Below are positions 57,005 to 64,000 of a DNA stretch of 64,000 nt, in pieces. Source of the DNA: an uncultured virus (IMG/VR IMGVR_UViG_3300029305_009755) (Duplodnaviria > Heunggongvirae > Uroviricota > Caudoviricetes). How positions within the stretch are numbered: the first letter of the stretch is position 1; every line of letters starts with the position of its first letter. A program made the translations under genes and the position numbers. Under the pieces are notes generated by a model. That model was not told the DNA's origin, did no database searches, and saw nothing but the letters and a program-made list of their open reading frames with translations. The stretch lies in the IMG/VR virus record IMGVR_UViG_3300029305_009755; one strand, 5' to 3'.

Positions 57005-57261
57005 TGGTGATGATCAATCTGATTGATATCCCGACACTGGAGATCCTCGAGTTCTTCTTCGGACATCCCGATACCACCATGAGCGATTTCCATGGCACAC
57101 GCACCCATCAGGACAGGATGCCCGTGCTGGAGGAGTGGGGACTACTGGAACGGAGCAAGGATCCATTGAATTACAAAAGGAAATTGGTCCACATCACTCC
57201 GAAAGGTATGTCTGTACTGTTCGCCATGTACAATGTGCGGGATGCGATGGAGGGAGAATGA
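57004..57261 (+). CDS. MarR-like wHTH protein
   Basis: L.EWGLL.R........V.ITPKG. Confidence 0.6.
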   Translation: MVMINLIDIPTLEILEFFFGHPDTTMSDFHGTRTHQDRMPVLEEWGLLERSKDPLNYKRKLVHITPKGMSVLFAMYNVRDAMEGE

Positions 57262-57454
57262 ACCGTATAAACCACATCATCATGATGAACATGATGGAGA
57301 ACATCATCCTGGAGGCAGTGGGTGTGCCCGCACTCCAGGCCATGAACGACTACACCACGTTCAGGGATCTTGCGGATGCCATCCGCAGGCCTGGACGCAG
57401 GACCAACGGAAACGCTTTCAACTAAGACATATATTCATACTCGGAGGTATCAAC

Positions 57455-57751
57455 ATGAATCTCTTCAAGAAGAAATCATTCTGGCAGTCCCTCCAGGACG
57501 ATGCCGAATTCATAAGACAGCGTGTGAACGACCACCCCGGCATGGCAGAGGCCAAACGTATCCGCGATCCGATTCAGAGGACCGAAACGATCTTGGATAT
57601 CGCCATGTCCGACATGGAGATGATGCGTGTCCTGAACGCATATCTGGCTCAACAGACCTTCAGGACCAACAAGATCTGCCTGGCAGTCCTTGCCATATCC
57701 AGCATGATGGACATCATGATCTTGGCATATCATTTGGGAGTGATCGGATGA
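57455..57751 (+). CDS. C-terminally anchored membrane protein
   Basis: GGAGGT RBS; C-terminal hydrophobic helix. Confidence 0.6.
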   Translation: MNLFKKKSFWQSLQDDAEFIRQRVNDHPGMAEAKRIRDPIQRTETILDIAMSDMEMMRVLNAYLAQQTFRTNKICLAVLAISSMMDIMILAYHLGVIG

Positions 57752-58164
57752 AGATAATGGAAGCACTCGCAGAGATGAATCAGGGGAAGACGGTCATAAA
57801 CGAGGACCGTTCAGTCATCCTGTACATCGAGGACCCGCCTTCCGCAAGACTGATGATGAAATATGCGGACGTCAACGATTTTGACTTCGGATGGATCGGA
57901 CCCTGCGACATGACCATGCAGGAGATGGATGAGGAGGATTGGACCGTGACGTCCGAGTACCATCTGACGTTCATGGAGGCCATGAGGCTCATGGACAGCT
58001 TCGATGGGGGTGGACACGAGGCCATCGTATCCTGTGAGACCAACCCCAAGGCCATGTTCCGCTACAGGAACGGCAGGTTCATCATGAACATCGACGGCGA
58101 TGAGACCGACGAGGTCGCATTCACATCCGCACATATCAAGAGCGGATGGAAGATGATCGAGTGA
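57748..58164 (+). CDS. Tandem Tad2/DUF2829-like domain protein
   Basis: MEALAEMNQGKTV...EMDEEDW then LTFMEAM...GWKMIE. Confidence 0.55.
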   Translation: MKIMEALAEMNQGKTVINEDRSVILYIEDPPSARLMMKYADVNDFDFGWIGPCDMTMQEMDEEDWTVTSEYHLTFMEAMRLMDSFDGGGHEAIVSCETNPKAMFRYRNGRFIMNIDGDETDEVAFTSAHIKSGWKMIE

Positions 58165-58331
58165 TGAGCAGAGAGGATCTGCAACCCAAGGCCGATCGCG
58201 GACCGCTCTGTATACAATGTGAAATGAGCCGTATGAGGATCATGAAAACGGCAGAGATGATCGATGGGCAGAAGATATTCGTCGAGTATCTGTCCTGCCC
58301 CAGATGCGGTTCCATCATCTGCCGTCAATAA
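58164..58331 (+). CDS. Small Zn-ribbon protein
   Basis: CxxC...CPRCG. Confidence 0.55.
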   Translation: MSREDLQPKADRGPLCIQCEMSRMRIMKTAEMIDGQKIFVEYLSCPRCGSIICRQ

Positions 58332-58549
58332 ACCCCTTTCATTTTTATATTCAATACACATACAGTCATTGGTACGGGTTCGTACAAGTGATCCAATGGA
58401 TGGGAAGGATTGGACCGACATTTCCCTTGCCATTGCATTCCTGGAGGAGATGATCCGTAACGGAGGGATGTCGTTGAGAGTATACGACGGCATGACCAAA
58501 GTACTGGATGCGATGAAGGATCTGAAGGTCATATTGGATGGTGAAAGAG

Positions 58550-59308
58550 ATGCCAAGGAAGAAAACAGTGACAATCGAAACGTGCGCGATATCCGCGACA
58601 CCCTCGGTGAGTAAGTCAGAACTAGATGAGATGTCCGATGAGTTAAGGGACACCCTCAACAGATACGACGCCTATGTTGATGATAGGTTCGACGGATTGG
58701 AGAAGAACTTCAACATCCTGGATAAATCCATGATGGAAACCAGGACGGCAGCCCGTGAATTGAAGAAGGAGGTCACAGGACTGCGTGAGGTCGTATCCGT
58801 TACCAGTGACACCCTGGCACAGGAGATGGAACAGAATCTCAGGGAGTTCGAGGAATTGAAGGAGAGGTTCAAGACCATCGAGGAGAGGATGGTCACAGGG
58901 GACCGCCTGCTTGAGGAACTGAAGAGGTTCGTGGATCAGGACAAACACACCAAGGATCTCAACATGGTATTCAAGGCACAGGATGTCCTGAAGGACGAGA
59001 TCGTCGGAGAACTCGAAAGGTTCGAGGACACTACGACCGCACAGATGGAGGAAGTCGTGGACAAGACTTCCATAGCCTACAGCCGTGTCAACGAATTCGA
59101 CAAGATCCTTGTCGATCAGATGGAAAAGATAGCCGATCAAACAGAGATGATGAACGATGTGTGCGATCAGATGGAGGTTGTGGAAGAAGATCTGTGCTTA
59201 ACCAAGGCTGAAGTCCATAGAGAATCCGGTTGGTCCATAATCTTCGCAGGCATCTCCGCTGGGTTGTGCGTTGCCATGGGCGCAGTCATGATCTGGCTGT
59301 TGTTGTGA
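58550..59308 (+). CDS. Coiled-coil protein with C-terminal TM anchor
   Basis: Long heptad region, hydrophobic C-terminus. Confidence 0.65.
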   Translation: MPRKKTVTIETCAISATPSVSKSELDEMSDELRDTLNRYDAYVDDRFDGLEKNFNILDKSMMETRTAARELKKEVTGLREVVSVTSDTLAQEMEQNLREFEELKERFKTIEERMVTGDRLLEELKRFVDQDKHTKDLNMVFKAQDVLKDEIVGELERFEDTTTAQMEEVVDKTSIAYSRVNEFDKILVDQMEKIADQTEMMNDVCDQMEVVEEDLCLTKAEVHRESGWSIIFAGISAGLCVAMGAVMIWLLL

Positions 59309-59457
59309 TATAATGGAGACCAATATCAACCTCATGGTAGGGTTGAGGATGTCCATGAAAGAGTATGAAACATTGAACAGAGGTGCCAAACACAAGGGCA
59401 TATCTTTGGACAGATATCTCATGGAGATGATCCGTAAGGGCATGTCGGAGGGATCTG

Positions 59458-59901
59458 ATGGCACTGATGGACATCCTTAAATCCAAACTGATTCCGGACG
59501 CAGGTCCGATAACCGTCTTAGAGAGATCAGGAGATGATAGAATGATATCAGACAACATTTCAACGCCCAATACAGGATACAATGAGATCAACACCTGGGT
59601 AGACGCCCCGTCTCAGACAGCAATACCCACAGATACCTCCGGCAATACCAGAGTGATCATCATGGAGAAGGAGAACATGGAAAGTGATCCTGTGAACAAG
59701 CCCAACCATTACTGCAAGGGAGGTTTCGAGCTCGGTGAGATCCTCTATGTCTGGGGGCTGCCCCATCGTCGTGCCAGTGCAGTGGAATACATCATGCGCG
59801 CCGGCGATAAGGATCCTACCAAGGAGATCGAGGACCTCAGGAAATCCATCCGCAACATCGAGATGGAGATAGAGTACTTGGAGAAATACGGTAAGATCTG
59901 A
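59458..59901 (+). CDS. DUF3310 (T7 gp1.7/SaV-like) domain protein
   Basis: DPVN.P.HY..GG.E....A..YI.RAG.K....EDL.K. Confidence 0.75.
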   Translation: MALMDILKSKLIPDAGPITVLERSGDDRMISDNISTPNTGYNEINTWVDAPSQTAIPTDTSGNTRVIIMEKENMESDPVNKPNHYCKGGFELGEILYVWGLPHRRASAVEYIMRAGDKDPTKEIEDLRKSIRNIEMEIEYLEKYGKI

Positions 59902-59903
59902 CG

Positions 59904-60950
59904 ATGTCTGAGACGGACCCTCCTAAAACATACGAATCCCGTCAGAAGGGGAATGTCACGGGCATCCAGAGGATGGTGGCCAGGAACCTGTTGGACCGCA
60001 TGTCCACGGACACGAACTTCATCGACTATCTGCAGGGAAATGGGTTCTCCGATATCGAGATCTTCGCCAGGACCGATCCCGGTGGGGATGGCGTGATATG
60101 GTTGCAGGATGAGGTCACCACCCTGACCCTGTTCGTCCCTACATTCGAACAGACCCGTGGGAACATCGCCACGGTATATCGTTCCATCAAGACCCTGGTC
60201 AGGGAATACATCGATGAGGGCAAACAGAGGACCTGGATGACATTGGACATCCCGGATTTCCCCATGTGGTCGGATCTGGAGACGCGCAATCCCCTACCAT
60301 ACGATGATGAGAGTCCGCCTGATGCCTTGGAAGGAGTGAATCTGGATCTTTCCCGGGCATTCGGAGTCATAAGGGACCACTGGTACATGTTCCATCGTCA
60401 TATCGGACCCAATGTGGCGGAGGGGAGATCCTCCAGGAATGAAGCCTCTGCGATGCTGAGCTATCTGTACGAATGCATGGGGCTGATGGCCAAGGATGTG
60501 ATACACATCGGTTCCAATATCGGCCTGCGTCCTGTATCCTTGCCCATGAACCACTTCTGGAGGAGCCCGTCTGACCCGGACCACCCCTACATCCCATATT
60601 ATCTGGACATAGAGGTGGTTTCCGGAAAGACGGTCCTCGGAAAACTGAAGGAGGTCACATTCAAGGATGGTGGAGTGGATCTCAGATTAAGAGGGGGGAT
60701 ACGCATGTGGATCCCGAAAAGAGCGATATCCAACAAGATGGATTATCCGAAATTCAAGGGACTGTACGCGGGACCGTCGGGAAGTACATTGAAAGTAGGT
60801 TATAGGTATGAGAGAACCAACGAGAGAGGAGCATCTGAGGTTGAGGGAGATATGGAGATCCTGCAGGAAGAGGACCATGAATCCGAGATGCAAGGATTAC
60901 CCGAAGTACGGGGGGAGCGGGATCAGGATGTGTCCGGAATGGAGGGATGA
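59904..60950 (+). CDS. Hypothetical protein
   Basis: 348-aa ORF; last 143 nt overlap the HNH gene. Confidence 0.65.
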   Translation: MSETDPPKTYESRQKGNVTGIQRMVARNLLDRMSTDTNFIDYLQGNGFSDIEIFARTDPGGDGVIWLQDEVTTLTLFVPTFEQTRGNIATVYRSIKTLVREYIDEGKQRTWMTLDIPDFPMWSDLETRNPLPYDDESPPDALEGVNLDLSRAFGVIRDHWYMFHRHIGPNVAEGRSSRNEASAMLSYLYECMGLMAKDVIHIGSNIGLRPVSLPMNHFWRSPSDPDHPYIPYYLDIEVVSGKTVLGKLKEVTFKDGGVDLRLRGGIRMWIPKRAISNKMDYPKFKGLYAGPSGSTLKVGYRYERTNERGASEVEGDMEILQEEDHESEMQGLPEVRGERDQDVSGMEG

Positions 60951-61269
60951 TTTCGACACATTCCAATCATGGGCCATGGAGAACGGATACAGACAGGATC
61001 TGACATTGGACAGGGTCTGCAACACCCGGGGATACTTCCCTGGGAACTGTCGCTGGGTATCCAGGAAGGCTCAGGCAAACAACCGTACGACCGCATCGTA
61101 TTACACGGTGAATGGTAAGACCCGTACGCTCGCCCAATGGAGTAGAATGTACGACATCCCGGCACATGTGATCCTCCATAGGATAGAGAATGGGTGGGAT
61201 GTGGAACGTGCTATCACAGAACCCCGTCACGTAAGGAAGAAGAGGGAAAGCGATGACGAAACGCAGTGA
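60808..61269 (+). CDS. HNH endonuclease catalytic and C-terminal domains (no N-terminal Cys domains)
   Basis: IW.....R..NP....Y..YGG.GI.MC.EW, LTLDR..N..GY.P.NCRW. Confidence 0.75.
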   Translation: MREPTREEHLRLREIWRSCRKRTMNPRCKDYPKYGGSGIRMCPEWRDDFDTFQSWAMENGYRQDLTLDRVCNTRGYFPGNCRWVSRKAQANNRTTASYYTVNGKTRTLAQWSRMYDIPAHVILHRIENGWDVERAITEPRHVRKKRESDDETQ

Positions 61270-61615
61270 TTACACAGGGATGAAGTTCGGATGGCTGACA
61301 GTCAACGAATATGTGGGCTCCGATAGCTACGGTAATGCCAGATGGGACTGTACATGTGCCTGTGGCAATCATACCGTGGTGACCTCGACCGCACTCAGAT
61401 CCGGCAGGACACGCTCCTGCGGATGCCTCCGCGGGGCCAAGTACCTATACGAGGGACTCAGGTTCGGAGCATGGACCGTGATCGAGGAGAAGGCACCCAA
61501 GGATCCGAAGGTACTGTGCCAATGTGATTGCGGAACCGTACGCAAGGTCTACCTGTCCAATCTGAAGAGAGGCACCAGCCTGTCTTGCGGGTGTATGAGC
61601 AGGATCAAAGAATGA
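61253..61615 (+). CDS. Double CxCxCG...SCGC domain protein
   Basis: D.TG.KFG.LTV..W.C.C.CG..SCGC x2. Confidence 0.75.
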   Translation: MTKRSDYTGMKFGWLTVNEYVGSDSYGNARWDCTCACGNHTVVTSTALRSGRTRSCGCLRGAKYLYEGLRFGAWTVIEEKAPKDPKVLCQCDCGTVRKVYLSNLKRGTSLSCGCMSRIKE

Positions 61616-61688
61616 TTTTTCCCTTTCCCTTGTAGCGCGAATCTTCGGAAATGTTGAAGGGAAAGGGAGGGGCTAATGCCCCGTTTTC
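61616..61688. terminator. Two hairpins at the convergence of the plus arm and the capsid gene
   Basis: CCCTTTCCCTT(61621-31)/AAGGGAAAGGG(61657-67); GGGGC-TAAT-GCCCC-GTTTT. Confidence 0.6.
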
Positions 61689-61689
61689 A

Positions 61690-63000
61690 TCACAGGGTGT
61701 CGTCCTGAAGTCCGACCAGCCTGCTGTGCTGGATGAATGAATCGATACGTGTCTCTGCACGCATGTGGATGACATTCAGTTCCTGCAGCTTGCGGGTGAT
61801 GGAGGGGTTGGCGTTGCTGTAGAGTGCAACGGGTGTCAGGATGGACATCCAGATATGGTCCAGATCGATAAGAGAGATATCTCCCATCTTGGTGGTGGAG
61901 ACCTTCTTCTTGGAGTAGTCGAAGTTGAGGTTTCCGCTGTGGATGATCGGGACCTTGTTGTATGTGTTGACATACAATCCCATGTCACGTCCAGGCATGG
62001 TCTTGACACCGTTGAAGTCCCTCTGGACGAAGACGGTATCGAGGAGGACCTGGTTGGCCTGCATGAGTGCTCCGAGCTTGTCCTCTGCGATGTTGGACAT
62101 TGCCCAGATCTTGTTGTTGGGGCTTGCGGAGTCTGCCCAGTTGACTGCGGCAGTCCTGTATGCGAGCCTCATTGCCTCAAGGGACAGGGTCTTTCCCTGC
62201 ATGTCGATGACGTTTGCATCAAGGTTGGACTCTCCGTTTGCACGGTAGTTGTAGAAGTCTCCGCGGGATGCGGTCCTTCCACCGTAGGGGGAGACCATTC
62301 CCTCATCGATGGTCTTTCCGTTGACGGTCCTTCCGATCTCAGAGTATCCGGAGAGGAGCCTGTGGATTCCATTGAGTGAGGTCTCGATTCCGTTCAGGAC
62401 AGGCTGGGGGTTCTCGATAGGCCTGAGGAGGGATTTATCGAGCAGATCGGAGAAGTTCCTGGAGATCTTGTCGACGTAATCCTTCTTCTGGATGGTATCA
62501 TCCTTGCTCTCGAGTGCTGCCAATCCAAGACCGTAGTCGTAGGAAAGGGTGAGGTCCTTGAAGGGCTGCCTGAACTCAGTGACAGGCAACTTGATGGAGT
62601 CGGGGATGTAACCATCCTGGATGGTGGTTGCTCCGATTCCGATGAAGTCCTCGGGTGCGAAGTCGGTAAGACCCATCTGGATGTCCCTCTCGGTGGCAAG
62701 ACCGTAGGAGGCCGCCTCGGTTGCGATCCTGACTCCTTCATGCTGATAGGGACGGGCACCGATTGCGGTGAAGATGTTGTCGTTCATGAACATCGCGGCG
62801 GTGATGTACTTACCGTAGATCGCGTTGTGGTATCCGTTCAGGAAGTCGGTTGTATAGACCGCGGATCCTGCGGATTTGCTGATTGCTGTAGCGTATGCGC
62901 CGTTGTAGAAATCCTCAACGAGGTCCCACATGGCGTCGCCTCTCTGGGGATATGTGGTCCCCAGTTTGTCGCCCATTGTGACATAGTTTCCACTAGACAT
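61690..63000 (-). CDS. Major capsid protein (HK97 fold)
   Basis: 436 aa; NAIYG......N.F..., G...YN.VPII, .I..IDL motifs of archaeal-virus MCPs; biased high-expression codons; follows scaffold-like gene. Confidence 0.75.
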   Translation of the reverse strand: MSSGNYVTMGDKLGTTYPQRGDAMWDLVEDFYNGAYATAISKSAGSAVYTTDFLNGYHNAIYGKYITAAMFMNDNIFTAIGARPYQHEGVRIATEAASYGLATERDIQMGLTDFAPEDFIGIGATTIQDGYIPDSIKLPVTEFRQPFKDLTLSYDYGLGLAALESKDDTIQKKDYVDKISRNFSDLLDKSLLRPIENPQPVLNGIETSLNGIHRLLSGYSEIGRTVNGKTIDEGMVSPYGGRTASRGDFYNYRANGESNLDANVIDMQGKTLSLEAMRLAYRTAAVNWADSASPNNKIWAMSNIAEDKLGALMQANQVLLDTVFVQRDFNGVKTMPGRDMGLYVNTYNKVPIIHSGNLNFDYSKKKVSTTKMGDISLIDLDHIWMSILTPVALYSNANPSITRKLQELNVIHMRAETRIDSFIQHSRLVGLQDDTL

Positions 63001-63017
63001 GTTTTCACCTGTTTTTC

Positions 63018-64000
63018 TCAGAATCTCGTCTGAGCCACATGTAATTTAAAGTTTTCAAGATCCTGCTTCACGACCTCGTAGGGATCGACCCCCTGGCCCA
63101 TGCGCACGGGATTTGTCTGGGATTTCTTCACATTGCCGAGGGTTGGCGGTGTGATGTCCCCATTCACCGATGTGGAGAATCCGGGACGGTCGCTCTTCGC
63201 GAGGGCCATCATCTCCTGGAGGGACATGATGGGTTTTCCGTTATCCTCTGCCTTGTGTACAGGCTCATCCATGTCTGGAAGTTCAAGCCTGGTTTTGGTT
63301 CCCTCAGAATCGTCGCCCTCACCCTCTACTGCGGGTTTTGCAGTTGCCACGGCCTCGGGCTTCTGCTCCCCACGGGTGTCGTCGGTCTCCTCGGGAGAGG
63401 ATACCTGATCAGCGACAGTGAGGGGGCTATGGTCATTGGTGTCCATCCTGACTACAGGCACCGCATAAGGTGCGTTGCCCTTCTTGACATCCGTGATGGG
63501 TGTCGCCGTCACGATGGAGTCCGGGTCCTGTTTGCCACCGAGGTCGGTAGCGGACTCGTACGTATGTGCGGTCACGATGGAATCTGCATCCTTGGAACCT
63601 CTGGAACCCATGGGGGTCTCGAAGATGTTCCTGGCTGTGGTGATCCTGTCATCTCCCTTGATGAGAGGGGACAGTCCATCCGGTCCGATTCCACTCTGAT
63701 GGGGTGCGGAGAACCCTCCGTTGGACATGAGTGCCCTCATATCGGGAACCGCGAAGACCTCTGCATCATAGGATTTGGCGATCTTGGGTTCCTCGGGCTT
63801 CACATCATCAAGGATGGAAGGCTCTTCCGGAGGTTCGGGAAGGTCTGTGAGCTCGTCTGCGGATTTCTTCGCAGGCTCGGAATCCTCATCGTCCTTCTTC
63901 TCCTCTTTCTCTCCCTCATCTTTCGTCTCTTTCTCCTCGGATCCTCCCTCGGATTCCTCCTTGGGCGCGTCATCCTTCGAATCCTCGGATCCTTCCTCTG
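63018..64000 (-). CDS. Scaffold / prohead-protease C-terminal region (partial, runs off window)
   Basis: Frame stays open from 63803 to the window end (acidic E/D/K/S-rich); directly upstream of MCP. Confidence 0.55.
   Translation of the reverse strand, partial: EEGSEDSKDDAPKEESEGGSEEKETKDEGEKEEKKDDEDSEPAKKSADELTDLPEPPEEPSILDDVKPEEPKIAKSYDAEVFAVPDMRALMSNGGFSAPHQSGIGPDGLSPLIKGDDRITTARNIFETPMGSRGSKDADSIVTAHTYESATDLGGKQDPDSIVTATPITDVKKGNAPYAVPVVRMDTNDHSPLTVADQVSSPEETDDTRGEQKPEAVATAKPAVEGEGDDSEGTKTRLELPDMDEPVHKAEDNGKPIMSLQEMMALAKSDRPGFSTSVNGDITPPTLGNVKKSQTNPVRMGQGVDPYEVVKQDLENFKLHVAQTRF

Noticed and set aside
1..64000. Integrase, terminase, portal or att sites
   Set aside because: No matching motifs; probably outside the window, so lifestyle cannot be called

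Overview
This window is most of the genome of a tailed (Caudoviricetes, siphovirus-like) archaeal virus. The host is probably a Methanomassiliicoccales/Methanomethylophilaceae methanogen. That assignment is inferred from a PCNA-type clamp, TATA-box promoters, GGAGGTGA-type RBSs, InlB-B-repeat adhesins with a signal peptide, and avoidance of TAG as a stop. The minus arm (1-32 kb) carries PCNA, a large helical-repeat protein, ParB, a VirE-type helicase, SNF2, ERF/YqaJ, VRR-NUC, head-tail and tail genes (with a chaperone -1 frameshift site), adhesins and a tail fibre. The plus arm (32.6-61.6 kb) carries about 70 small accessory genes, a MoxR-like AAA ATPase with partner, dUTPase, ThyX and HNH endonuclease pieces. 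The major capsid and scaffold/protease genes are at the right end (minus). No terminase, portal, integrase, DNA polymerase, tRNA or CRISPR array was seen. Top observations: (1) TAG behaves as a sense codon (probably pyrrolysine): five in-frame TAGs in four small accessory genes, two of them in the first gene of the early arm, and no TAG stop in any credible gene I checked. (2) A 58-nt block carrying the DPPY catalytic motif of the DNA methyltransferase sits in the upstream wHTH gene between micro-repeats; moving it back restores both genes exactly. (3) There is an expansion of Tad2/DUF2829-like putative nucleotide-sponge genes plus Lar-like paralogs. All product calls come from motif recognition by eye; no database searches were run.
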